From contig CBDCUI010000009.1 in assembly GCA_965222615.1 (NCBI GenBank), positions 320,001 to 384,000 of the forward strand: a stretch of 64,000 bases of DNA, in the 5' to 3' direction. The stretch comes from Gammaproteobacteria bacterium. Its GTDB lineage: Bacteria > Pseudomonadota > Gammaproteobacteria > UBA4575. A model generated the notes under the pieces. It was not told where the DNA came from, did no database searches, and was given only the letters and a program-made list of their open reading frames with translations. Position numbers and translations under genes: made by a program. Each line of letters opens with the position of its first letter. Within the stretch, counting starts at the first letter, position 1. This document shows positions 39,385-49,344 of this stretch, one piece after another.

Positions 39385-40497
39385 TTAAGTAACAGGAGTA
39401 TAGCCACCAGCAATTCCATTCTTGGTTAGTACTAGCTGCCAAAGTTGAATATTACGAGCCCGGAATGCACCTGCACAGCCAAGTAAATAATATTTCCACA
39501 TTCGATAAAAACGATCACCATATTTCTCACACAGCTGCTTCCAATTGGCATCAAAATTATGGAACCACGCCATAAGCGTTTTGTCATAGTCTTGGCCAAA
39601 ACTGTGGAAATCCTCTAAAACAAAGACACCCTCTATTGCTTCACTAATATCTTGCATAGAAGGTAAAACACCATTTGGGAAAATATATTTATTTATCCAA
39701 GGATCCGGTGTCGTTCGAGTCCAGTTGGCCCCAATAGTATGTAGAAGAAATATTCCTTCGTCCTTGAGACAACGCGCAACAACTTGCATGTAATTTTTAT
39801 AATTTTTTGGACCCACATGCTCGAACATCCCAAGTGATACAATGTGATCAAACTGTTCATTCAGTTGACGATAATCCTGCAATCTAATTTCGACAGGTAG
39901 ATCTGCACAATTATTTTGTGCGTACTCCGCTTGTTCTTTTGAAACCGTAACGCCGATCGCTCTTGCCTTATACTTTTCCGCTGCATATTTAACAAAGCTA
40001 CCCCATCCACAGCCGATATCTAATATTCTTTGATTCGGTTTAAGGCCAATTTTACGACACACTAACTCCAGCTTGTTTTCTTGCGCTTGGTCTAGGTCTT
40101 TGGCATTTTTCCAATAGCCACAAGTGTATGTTTTACGTTTATCTAACATATAACTAAATAAATCATTACCAATATCATAGTGAGATTGAGCTACTTGAAA
40201 TGCCCTACGCAGACTCTGCAGATTGAACAACTTGGACTGTAGTATTAGCCAAACCATGTTATAGGGATTGATTTTGTGTTCTAGCTTGGCCGCTAAAATT
40301 TTACAAAAAAATTGATCAAGAACCTCGACATCCCACCATTTATCCATATAAGACTCACCCAAGCCTAGAGAACCTTCCGCAAATACACGCTTATAAAAAC
40401 GCTCATCATGGACTTTGATATCCCAGTCGCGCTGACCGTCAATTTCCACATCGGCTTCGGCTAACAGCTTACGTGCTTTGGAATAGAATTTATTCAC
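39385..40497 (-). CDS. cfa: Cyclopropane fatty acyl phospholipid synthase
   Basis: GLGESYM, HYDIGNDLF, LDIGCGWG, GMFEHVG, WINKYIFP, FYRMWKYYL. Confidence 0.95.
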   Translation of the reverse strand: MNKFYSKARKLLAEADVEIDGQRDWDIKVHDERFYKRVFAEGSLGLGESYMDKWWDVEVLDQFFCKILAAKLEHKINPYNMVWLILQSKLFNLQSLRRAFQVAQSHYDIGNDLFSYMLDKRKTYTCGYWKNAKDLDQAQENKLELVCRKIGLKPNQRILDIGCGWGSFVKYAAEKYKARAIGVTVSKEQAEYAQNNCADLPVEIRLQDYRQLNEQFDHIVSLGMFEHVGPKNYKNYMQVVARCLKDEGIFLLHTIGANWTRTTPDPWINKYIFPNGVLPSMQDISEAIEGVFVLEDFHSFGQDYDKTLMAWFHNFDANWKQLCEKYGDRFYRMWKYYLLGCAGAFRARNIQLWQLVLTKNGIAGGYTPVT

Positions 40498-40779
40498 AGC
40501 TTATTTCACTTAATTTTGTGAGGATAATCAGTTAATTATTAATTGTTTTGAAACTAAAATCACATACAATTATAGGCTCAATAAGAAAAACAACTCATAC
40601 CGGTATTATAATTGGCAATGCTGCTTTCTATTAACTTATTCTTTGCTTTTTTGGTACTTTTACTAGGCATGTTGATGCTTATCACGAGATAAGCATCCGC
40701 ACTCATTGATCGTGCTGTAGTGAAAACGTGGCAATCCAAGCGGCGGAACAGCAGCTGGATGAAAATTTAAATATATTTG

Positions 40780-41304
40780 TTATTGGCAATAGAAATGAAT
40801 TAGATCTTTGCTGCTTGGATCTATCGGTGACCCCAAGCTTATTATGCCCTCGCCATATAAATAGACCTTTTGACCTTGCATACGAATTTTACCTAGCTCT
40901 TCTGTTTCTATAAAAACTCCATTCAAGCTAGTATCTTGGAGCACAAACTCGCCTTCTCGATAGGTAATATATGCATGTTTTTTCGAGACAAACTTATTAT
41001 CGATTCTCGCGTTTGCGTGCAAAGAACGCCCCAATACGAACTTATCTAAGCTAGTATCAAAAAAATAGCGCTGATCAGCGATCTCAAGAGTTAATTCCGT
41101 AGTATTGCGTATTGGCTGACTTTCTTGCCATATGAGCTTTAGGTTGGTTTTGCGTCGATCAAGTGTATTACGGCGGTCTTGGCGAACGATATTAAAATCG
41201 CTATCCAATAATGGAAACGTTACTGTTTCAGCATTACTACGCCGATCATAATCACGGTGTACATATACCTTGGATTGGTCTTTAGCCGTATTTTTTGCAG
41301 GCAT
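40780..41304 (-). CDS. FHA domain protein
   Basis: LGRS, VSKKHA, DTSLNGVF. Confidence 0.85.
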   Translation of the reverse strand: MPAKNTAKDQSKVYVHRDYDRRSNAETVTFPLLDSDFNIVRQDRRNTLDRRKTNLKLIWQESQPIRNTTELTLEIADQRYFFDTSLDKFVLGRSLHANARIDNKFVSKKHAYITYREGEFVLQDTSLNGVFIETEELGKIRMQGQKVYLYGEGIISLGSPIDPSSKDLIHFYCQ

Positions 41305-41440
41305 GGGTCGAAAAAAGAGGTTTCTGTCAATCCACTAAGTATAGTCAGGATGGTGCCACTAAAAAGTGAACCTGATCAAATTGTAAGTGAGTAGAAAAAC
41401 TTAAAATAAATATTTTAGTTATTTATTTCAATGAGTTAAA

Positions 41441-41767
41441 TTATTTTTCTAATCTATTTTTTGAGCGAGTAGAAGCATATTTATGAGTAAAACCGAAACC
41501 AATCCCATCACTAGATAAATGCACCACCACGGCCCAAACACGAATTAACTTAATGGTTTTCTCTTCGGCAACCGAAAACACTAACTGTACCCTACGGCCT
41601 ACATATGCATGCTCGGGTATTTGATCGAGAAATGCTCCTCGCGTACTCAAGTTAATCGGTCGACATCGTGTAATGCCCAATTGAGGACAATACAGACGTA
41701 AATTTGCGGGTGAATGTAACCGGCGAGTAATACGTCGCTCTTGCTGGTCAATTGCACTACGACTCAT
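41441..41767 (-). CDS. PilZ domain protein
   Basis: ERRITRR (RxxxR) and NLSTRG ([DN]xSxxG). Confidence 0.8.
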   Translation of the reverse strand: MSRSAIDQQERRITRRLHSPANLRLYCPQLGITRCRPINLSTRGAFLDQIPEHAYVGRRVQLVFSVAEEKTIKLIRVWAVVVHLSSDGIGFGFTHKYASTRSKNRLEK

Positions 41768-42246
41768 TTGTGTATATCTCTAAGTTAACTTTAATCTTAA
41801 TAATTCGCTAGTCAGCATAAATATGCTATGTGACCACAATGGAAACTATTTAGTTCTCAATAAATGCAATGTATACAATATATTACGGTGATATTTTAGC
41901 GTAAGCAAAGACATGTTTACACTATAAATACCGTAGGGTTACTGAGCTGGTGCCAACTTTGTTTCAAGTGGTATCTACCTATTCTCTAAATTTAAAATAT
42001 TTTACGTAATAACATTATTATTCACTGAGTTAGTTGAGCTTCGCCAATGGCTACACTAGAAAATACCCTTTACTCATAATTCACTTGGTAAATGTAGCGT
42101 TTTTTCTTACAATAATCGCCGTATCGCCATAACACCAGATCATTATGCATTTGGAATTATCGCCTGGGGAGATGGTGATTAGTTGTGGTTTACGTTAATT
42201 AACGAATCGTACGATTATCAATTTAAACAACTTCGGAGTTAAAAAT

Positions 42247-42543
42247 ATGTTAACCAAGAAACTTCTTTTCCCTGCAGTATTCGCATTTGCGGCTACCTTA
42301 TCAACAGGGTGTCAGACAACGGCTACGGAAGCTGAAGCGATGGAAGAAGCCGATCCTTTGGCAGAAGTACGTTCAGTTGCTGAAGAAGCACTTCGTACCG
42401 CTAATACTGCAGCCCATGATGCTGCAACAGCTAAAGATATGGCGTTGGCTGCACAAGAAGCTGCAAATGCTGCTCAGGCTTGTTGTGATGCAAATTCGCG
42501 CCGTATGAGCCGTATGTTTAGTGGTTCGATGAGTTCTAAATAA
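42247..42543 (+). CDS. Lpp/OprI-like alanine-zipper lipoprotein
   Basis: Lipobox STGC, Ala-rich heptads, RMF..SMSSK ending in Lys. Confidence 0.82.
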   Translation: MLTKKLLFPAVFAFAATLSTGCQTTATEAEAMEEADPLAEVRSVAEEALRTANTAAHDAATAKDMALAAQEAANAAQACCDANSRRMSRMFSGSMSSK

Positions 42544-42572
42544 ATTATATCTTTGCTTTTATTTAGCAAATT

Positions 42573-42598
42573 AAAGGGCCCATTCGGGCCCTTTTTTT
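42573..42598 (+). terminator. Rho-independent terminator
   Basis: AAAGGGCCC-attc-GGGCCCTTTTTTT. Confidence 0.9.
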
Positions 42599-42639
42599 AT
42601 TCAGCAGTTGCAATGAAATTTCACTAGCTAACAGCTAGG

Positions 42640-43551
42640 CTATTTTGAACCTACTATGATTGGTAGCCCAGATTTATTTCTGGCCAGTCGGTTGGCAAGT
42701 TCCCAATTAACTTTATAGTCTTTGCTCGATTCAGTTGCGGCAATAATGGCTTGGACAAACTGGGTCAGATTCCGTGTATTTGAGCTTGACTCATCACCCT
42801 CGCTAGGGTGCATCTCTGCAAACAAATTGCCATGATGCCAAGCCAACTTATAAGGCTGATTAACAATGGCAACCCGTGTGTTAATGGAAACTCGATTAAA
42901 TAGGTCTTCAATATCATTTGGATGTAGGCGAATACAGCCATGGGTTACTTTCATACCGATTCCACGCGGCTCATTCGTGCCATGAATAAGATAACCGGGT
43001 AAGGCTAAACGCAAGGCATAGTCGCCTAAAGGATTATCAGGTCCTGGTGGCACTGAAGCAGGTAGTGGGTCGTTTTTCCCTTCATGTTCTTTGCGAATGG
43101 ACTCTGGTGGAAACCAGGTAGGTTTTTCTGATTTAGCAATAATCTTGGTGACATTATGCGGAGTATCCCAGCCTTCCCGTCCAATGCTAATAGGATACGT
43201 ATATACGTATGGAGATTTTCCACCTGGATAATAATACAAACGCATTTCCGCTAAATTAAGTACTAAGCCCTCACGCTTCGCATCAGGCAAAATGTAGCGA
43301 GTGGGGATAATCACTTGAGTACCTTCACCTGGTAACCAGGGATCAACATCTGGGTTAGCGATAACCAATTCTTGATAACCGACTTGAAAGCGTCTCGCGA
43401 GCCTAATAAAGGTATCATCGTCTTGAGCAGTAATAATGGTAGTTTGCCCAATAATGGGGGCTCCATTTACTGGCAAACGATAACGTTCGGCATAGACTTC
43501 GGGAATGAGTGCGATAAATGCTATACCAATCAAGCTTACTAGGCGTTGCAT
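42640..43551 (-). CDS. L,D-transpeptidase (ErfK/YbiS/YcfS family)
   Basis: ANPDVDPWLP, NLAEMRLYY, PPGPDNPLG, IHGTN, THGCIRL. Confidence 0.93.
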   Translation of the reverse strand: MQRLVSLIGIAFIALIPEVYAERYRLPVNGAPIIGQTTIITAQDDDTFIRLARRFQVGYQELVIANPDVDPWLPGEGTQVIIPTRYILPDAKREGLVLNLAEMRLYYYPGGKSPYVYTYPISIGREGWDTPHNVTKIIAKSEKPTWFPPESIRKEHEGKNDPLPASVPPGPDNPLGDYALRLALPGYLIHGTNEPRGIGMKVTHGCIRLHPNDIEDLFNRVSINTRVAIVNQPYKLAWHHGNLFAEMHPSEGDESSSNTRNLTQFVQAIIAATESSKDYKVNWELANRLARNKSGLPIIVGSK

Positions 43552-43710
43552 AGAATTATTTGGATTGTCGCGTTAAATTAAAGCACTATTTTAAATGCAA
43601 AATTAATGCAGTCGCTAAGCATGAAATGTGGCTTAGATTAAAGCAAAATACATGTCATGGGCCACATTTCTTCGCCAACGCATCAACTAACAGACAGAAA
43701 GTAACGATTA

Positions 43711-44097
43711 ATGTTCACCAAAATCAATAAATTTTTAGGCTATTTATTACTCCTGACAGTATTTTCGTGTGCCTCGACTCCGCCGTCTCAGACGTTGCCA
43801 CACGCTGAGGTCGCTGTCACTAGTATCGACCACGCTAATTTTCAAAAATATACGAATGAAGATATAGCGGCGGCCAAAACTAAATTACAGCAGGCCCAGC
43901 ATGCTGCTGAAATTAAGGAGCATAGCCAAGCTGAGCAACTAGCACAGCAAATTCTTGTCGATGTTGAACTGATCAAAATTAAAACCCAGCGCCTAAGCCT
44001 AGAGCAGGATGTAAAAGATCTTGAGGATGAAATCGCCAATCTACACCAAGAGATTCAGTGGCGCGAACCGGTGCAACTCTCGCCACTAAATCAATAA
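43711..44097 (+). CDS. DUF4398-like lipoprotein
   Basis: Lipobox FSC; helical AKTKLQQAQ...AEQLA; precedes the OmpA gene. Confidence 0.7.
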   Translation: MFTKINKFLGYLLLLTVFSCASTPPSQTLPHAEVAVTSIDHANFQKYTNEDIAAAKTKLQQAQHAAEIKEHSQAEQLAQQILVDVELIKIKTQRLSLEQDVKDLEDEIANLHQEIQWREPVQLSPLNQ

Positions 44098-44111
44098 CCA
44101 AATATCTACTT

Positions 44112-44921
44112 ATGTTAAAAATTATTATTCAGGGTTGCTTATTTTTTTTCATACTTAGTTGTGCGAGTACACCTAAGACCTACCCTGCTTTAGAAAAGGC
44201 AAGATCTTCGTTGCTTGCATTACAAAATGAAGCGCAGATAAAAGAGATCGCCTCAGTTACCTTGTTTCAGGCAGATGAACATTTAAAACATGCTGATCAG
44301 GCACTGCAAGCTAATGATCTTGCGATTACTGATCATCACATCTACCTCTCAAGCCGTAAACAAGAAATCGCGCGTGAACTATTATTAAAACATCGGCATG
44401 AGCAAGAATTGAATAATTTAAAACAACAACACCAAGAAATGATAAGCCATGCGCGCAATCTAGAAACTAAACGGGCTCAAAATGCGGCTACCGCAGCACA
44501 GCAACGTGCACAAAAGCTCGAACAAGTGCTGGGAGAATACCAAGCCGAAGAAACCAGCCGTGGGACTTTGCTAATTATTAATGATTTATTATTCGCTTCA
44601 GGTGGCACAAAACTCGAGGCAGAATCTGCAAATAGACTACAACCACTTTTACAGTATTTACTTAGTAACCCCAAACGCGAAATCATCATCGAGGGTCATA
44701 CCGATAGCGTCGGTCCTGCCAATGTCAACAAGCGTTTATCCCTGCAACGTGCAGAGATTGTTAAAGAATATCTAATGACGCATGGCATTGCAGAAAATCG
44801 TATCGAAGCACGTGGATTTGGCGAAGAAGTACCGGTTGCGACTAACACTACGAATGCAGGGAGAAAACTAAATCGTCGTGTAGAAATAGTGATAAAAACT
44901 TTAGTTCGAGAAGAAATTTAA
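44112..44921 (+). CDS. OmpA-family lipoprotein with coiled coil
   Basis: Lipobox LSC; IEGHTDSVG, LSLQRA, RGFGEEVPVATN, NRRVEI. Confidence 0.9.
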   Translation: MLKIIIQGCLFFFILSCASTPKTYPALEKARSSLLALQNEAQIKEIASVTLFQADEHLKHADQALQANDLAITDHHIYLSSRKQEIARELLLKHRHEQELNNLKQQHQEMISHARNLETKRAQNAATAAQQRAQKLEQVLGEYQAEETSRGTLLIINDLLFASGGTKLEAESANRLQPLLQYLLSNPKREIIIEGHTDSVGPANVNKRLSLQRAEIVKEYLMTHGIAENRIEARGFGEEVPVATNTTNAGRKLNRRVEIVIKTLVREEI

Positions 44922-45410
44922 CTGTAAAAGTTTAAGTTTATCAACCAGGCACTCTAAGACATGAGCCTAAACAGGCCAAGATTCAAAGGTATTGTTCTTC
45001 AATAGCACATCTTATATGCGCTTTACATCACGCTGAGAAGCGCAAGATATTTTCAGAGTAAGGCGAGCGGTGTTTAAGCGTAGCGAGTTTGCGATGCCGC
45101 TGGGATCATCAACGCAAGAGTAAGTGATGTTCTGCGCAATGGTTTTGGCAAGAATCGGCTATTTTATTGGAACGCAACTTCCATGATGCGAACTCTCTCT
45201 CGTACTTCCTTGTACTCGCTATTGCCGTAACAAAAGTACCTTGCTCTCAAGAGAACTTGTTGAGGAAGAGAACTGTAGTGGTGAGAGAGCGAAAACCGTA
45301 TACCGCTATCTCTTACGAGCACGAATTGGCTTCTCTTTATTTGCCATGAATTGTACTCGTCTCGATTGAATCGGTCGCTGTCTGTTAGATTAAATTCATG
45401 CTGATACAAT

Positions 45411-46760
45411 TTAACTTTTTGTTGCCAGTTCTATTCCACGCTCGGCCACATCAACTAACAACTTGATTTCCTCGTTGTTAATTACATAAGGTGGCATAAA
45501 ATATATTACATTCCCTAATGGTCGTAATAAGGCCTTATTTTTTAGGCCATATTTATACACCTCAAGTCCTCTGCGCTCTTGCCAAGGATAAGCTTCTTTA
45601 GTCGCCTTATCTTTTACTAATTCGATGGCCGTGATCATGCCTGTCTGTCGAACATCACCGACATGAGGATGATCCATAAAACGTTCACACTGTTGCGCAA
45701 ATTCCTTGCTCAATAGCTTATTAGCTTCAATGGTATTTTCTGTTTTAAAAATATTTAAGGTGGCAAGTGCTGCCGCACAGCCAAGCGGATTTCCGGTATA
45801 ACTATGTGAATGCAAAAATGCGGTTAAATTCTCATAGTCATCGTAAAAGGCCTCGTAGATCGTATCTGTGGTAAGTACAGCCGATAACGGCAGATAGCCC
45901 CCAGTAAGCCCTTTTGATAAACACATGAAATCCGGGCTAATAGCAGCTTGCTCACACGCAAACATGCTGCCGGTGCGACCAAAGCCGACGGCGATTTCAT
46001 CCGCAATTAGGTGAACGCCGTATTTAGAACAAGTCTCACGCAATAAAGTTAAATAGTTCGCCGCATACATACGCATATTGCCGGCACATTGCACCAATGG
46101 CTCGACAATAACGGCACAGACCTCATCTTTATGTTCCTGCAACGCTTGTTCCATATGTTCAAACATACGAGCTGCATAATCGGACTCATTCTCACCTTGC
46201 TCACGATTAAAGCTATCTGGGCTCGGTACCGTAATAACATCCAGCATTAAGGGTTCATAGACTTCTTTATAAAGTGCAACATCACCTAGAGAAAGTGCCC
46301 CAATCGTTTCACCATGATATGAATTACTGAGGTTAATAAATTTAGTTTTATTGGGTCGACCAATATTCTTCCAATAGTGAAAACTCATCTTCAATGCCAC
46401 TTCTACAGCAGAAGATCCATTATCTGCATAAAAACATTTCGTTAATGGCTGAGGTGTGATGTCAATCAACTGTTCAGATAAAGTAATGGCGGCTTGATGT
46501 GAGAATCCAGCAAGTAACACATGCTCAACACAGTCAAGTTGTTGCTTGATTGCAGAACTAATCACTTCATTTCCATGCCCAAATAAATTGACCCACCAAG
46601 AACTAATCGCATCGATGTATCGGTTGCCACTAAAGTCTTCAAGCCATACTCCTTTAGCTTTCTTAATAGGTATCATGGGTAAAAACTCATGATCTTTCAT
46701 TTGGGTACATGGATGCCAAATCGCAGTAAGGTCTCTTTGTATTAAATCAGTAGTATTCAT
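45411..46760 (-). CDS. bioA: Adenosylmethionine-8-amino-7-oxononanoate aminotransferase
   Basis: WHPCTQM, SSWWVNLFGH, YHGET, IADEIAVGFGRTG, SKGLTGGYLPLS, HSHSYTGNPL, LRPLGN. Confidence 0.95.
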   Translation of the reverse strand: MNTTDLIQRDLTAIWHPCTQMKDHEFLPMIPIKKAKGVWLEDFSGNRYIDAISSWWVNLFGHGNEVISSAIKQQLDCVEHVLLAGFSHQAAITLSEQLIDITPQPLTKCFYADNGSSAVEVALKMSFHYWKNIGRPNKTKFINLSNSYHGETIGALSLGDVALYKEVYEPLMLDVITVPSPDSFNREQGENESDYAARMFEHMEQALQEHKDEVCAVIVEPLVQCAGNMRMYAANYLTLLRETCSKYGVHLIADEIAVGFGRTGSMFACEQAAISPDFMCLSKGLTGGYLPLSAVLTTDTIYEAFYDDYENLTAFLHSHSYTGNPLGCAAALATLNIFKTENTIEANKLLSKEFAQQCERFMDHPHVGDVRQTGMITAIELVKDKATKEAYPWQERRGLEVYKYGLKNKALLRPLGNVIYFMPPYVINNEEIKLLVDVAERGIELATKS

Positions 46761-46803
46761 AGGTTGGTTTAATTGTTGGGTTTCTTTCGTGCTACTCTAA
46801 CTT

Positions 46804-47940
46804 ATGCATTCAAATTGGGCACATGAATTTCCTTTACAAAATGGGTTGATCCATCTTAATCATGCCGGAGTAAGTCCGTGGCCAAAATGTACCGCCAAGG
46901 CCGTAACAGAATTTGCACAAGAAAATGCTCAAAACGGTACACGAAATATTTCTAAATGGGAGCAGATTGAATTCGAATTACGATGTCATTGTCAAAAACT
47001 TATTAATGCTCAGCATCCTGAAGATATCGCCTTTATTAAAAATACTTCTGAAGGTCTATCAATAGTTGCCTATGGTATAGCTTGGCAAGCGGGTGACAAT
47101 ATCGTATATGCGCAACAAGAATTTCCTTCCAATCGAATTGTATGGGAGTCACTGCCCGATCGTTTCGACGTCGAAGCTCGTGGGGTGGATATCAACCAAT
47201 ATGCAACACCCGAGGATGCTTTATTTAGTCAAGTAGATAAACATACACGACTAATCTCAGTTAGTTCTGTGCAATTTGCCAATGGCCTGCGTATGGATCT
47301 AGCAAGACTAAGTGGATTCTGTAGTGAAAAAAATATCCTGCTGTGCCTAGATGCCATTCAACAACTTGGCGCAATTCCCTTTGATTTAGCCGCAACACCA
47401 GCTGATTTTGTGATTGCCGATGGGCATAAATGGCTTTTAGCTCCGGAAGGAATTGGCCTATTTTATTGCAACCCTCAAATTAGAGAACAATTGCGTTTAA
47501 ATCAATTTGGCTGGCACATGATGGACCCGCTAAATAATTATGAAACCCAGGACTGGTGCCCTACTCATGATGCACGCCGCTTTGAATGTGGAAGCCAAAA
47601 CAACCTTGGTATCCATGCCATGCACGCCAGCTTGAGCTTAATTTTAGGAATCGGTGTCGAACATATATATGATAAAATTTCTAGAAATATTTCATATCTA
47701 ATTGAAAAATATAAAGAACTAAATGTAGATATTCTCTCCAATTTGGAGCTGGGGCGCAGATCGGGCATTATTACTCTACACTTCAAAGATATCGACAATC
47801 ATCAATTATTTAAGCATCTCATTCATACAAACGTATTATGTGCATACCGAAACCAAGGCATACGCTTTTCGCCGCATTTTTATACAGAGACCGATGCAAT
47901 CGATGAGACCATTAACCGGGTCCATACATTTAAGCAATGA
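46804..47940 (+). CDS. Class V PLP-dependent enzyme (cysteine desulfurase/selenocysteine lyase-like)
   Basis: LNHAGVSP, NTSEGL, DAIQQLG, DGHKWLLAPEG, IRFSPHFY. Confidence 0.85.
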   Translation: MHSNWAHEFPLQNGLIHLNHAGVSPWPKCTAKAVTEFAQENAQNGTRNISKWEQIEFELRCHCQKLINAQHPEDIAFIKNTSEGLSIVAYGIAWQAGDNIVYAQQEFPSNRIVWESLPDRFDVEARGVDINQYATPEDALFSQVDKHTRLISVSSVQFANGLRMDLARLSGFCSEKNILLCLDAIQQLGAIPFDLAATPADFVIADGHKWLLAPEGIGLFYCNPQIREQLRLNQFGWHMMDPLNNYETQDWCPTHDARRFECGSQNNLGIHAMHASLSLILGIGVEHIYDKISRNISYLIEKYKELNVDILSNLELGRRSGIITLHFKDIDNHQLFKHLIHTNVLCAYRNQGIRFSPHFYTETDAIDETINRVHTFKQ

Positions 47941-48037
47941 ACTTAGCATCACGCTTTGAATTAACTAAACCCAATGCAAATAAAGATTCTAGATTGAAGA
48001 TTACGTACATTTATCATCTATTTCATAAATACTGACC

Positions 48038-49324
48038 ATGGCTACTAACGCTGTATATATCGTTGACGGTAGCCGCTCACCTTTTCTCAAGGCTCGCGGT
48101 CGACCTGGCCCCTTTCAAGCCTCTGATTTAGCAGTGAGCTCTGCTCAGCCACTGCTGATGCGACAATCTTTTGCTCCGCAAGAATTGGATGAAGTCATTG
48201 TTGGCTGTGTGGGACCGAGCGCTGATGAAGTGAATATCGCACGTGTTATTAGCTTACGTTTGCGCTGTGGTGACAAAGTACCTGCATGGACTGTACAGCG
48301 AAACTGTGCTTCTGGAATGCAAGCCATCGACTCGGCCTTTACAAATATTTTGCTCGGTAAATCCAATATGGTGTTGGCAGGCGGCACCGAAGCCATGAGC
48401 CACTCCCCTGTTTTATACAATCACCATATGGTGAATTGGCTTGCCGATTTAAATCGCGCTAAAGCACCACTACAAAAGATACAAACGGTTGCCAAGCTTC
48501 GACCTAAGTTTTTTGTTCCAGTAATCGGCTTATTAAAAGGCTTAACAGACCCAGTAGTCGGGTTATCCATGGGACAAACTGCAGAAAACTTAGCCCATAA
48601 ATTTAAGATTTCCCGGACTGAAATGGACAGTTATGCAGTGGATAGCCATTTACGTCTAGTGCACGCCCAAGAGCAAGGCTATTTAGATGAAATCGAAACT
48701 GTGTACGACAACCAAGGCAAACTCTACAACTTTGACGATGGTGTTCGTCCTGATTCTAGTATCGAAAAACTTGCAAAATTGCGTCCTGTGTTTGATAAAA
48801 CGTTTGGCAATGTTACTGCAGGTAACAGTGCACAAGTAACTGATGGTGCCGCCTGGGTAATCTTGGCGAGTGAAGCTGCAGTTAAAAAACACAAACTTGA
48901 AGTCATGGGACGACTCATTGCTTCAAACTGGGCTGCACTAGACCCTAGACAGATGGGTTTAGGCCCAGTACACGCAACGGTTCCCATGTTGCAACAACAA
49001 AAATTAAACATGGATGACATAGATTATTGGGAACTCAATGAAGCATTTGCAGCTCAAGTTCTCGCCTGTCTCGCCGCTTGGAAAGATGACAATTACTGCC
49101 AGTCAGAATTAGGTCTCGATAAGGCCTTTGGTGAGGTCTCTCATGAACAACTCAATGTGGATGGTGGAGCCATCGCGCTTGGACACCCCGTGGGGGCCAG
49201 TGGTACTCGAATTGTCCATCATCTATTAAAAGTATTACAACGCAATAAGGCCAAGCTTGGCGTAGCCACAATTTGTATCGGTGGTGGACAAGGCGGTGCA
49301 GTATTGGTTGAAAACCTTCAATAG
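48038..49324 (+). CDS. Acetyl-CoA C-acyltransferase (thiolase, FadI-like)
   Basis: NCASGMQA, NEAFAAQ, GGAIALGHPVGASG, CIGGGQG. Confidence 0.93.
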   Translation: MATNAVYIVDGSRSPFLKARGRPGPFQASDLAVSSAQPLLMRQSFAPQELDEVIVGCVGPSADEVNIARVISLRLRCGDKVPAWTVQRNCASGMQAIDSAFTNILLGKSNMVLAGGTEAMSHSPVLYNHHMVNWLADLNRAKAPLQKIQTVAKLRPKFFVPVIGLLKGLTDPVVGLSMGQTAENLAHKFKISRTEMDSYAVDSHLRLVHAQEQGYLDEIETVYDNQGKLYNFDDGVRPDSSIEKLAKLRPVFDKTFGNVTAGNSAQVTDGAAWVILASEAAVKKHKLEVMGRLIASNWAALDPRQMGLGPVHATVPMLQQQKLNMDDIDYWELNEAFAAQVLACLAAWKDDNYCQSELGLDKAFGEVSHEQLNVDGGAIALGHPVGASGTRIVHHLLKVLQRNKAKLGVATICIGGGQGGAVLVENLQ

Positions 49325-49344
49325 CACGATCTTAAAAAATATAA

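Noticed and set aside
40674-40697. Perfect hairpin GATGCTTATC-acga-GATAAGCATC
   Set aside because: Single copy in the window with no U tail; not enough to assign a function
41940-41960. TTGGCAC sigma54-like -24 box upstream of the PilZ gene (also near 41351)
   Set aside because: No GC at the -12 position with correct spacing
45164-45409. 81-aa ORF after bioA
   Set aside because: TTG start, no RBS, atypical composition; treated as non-coding
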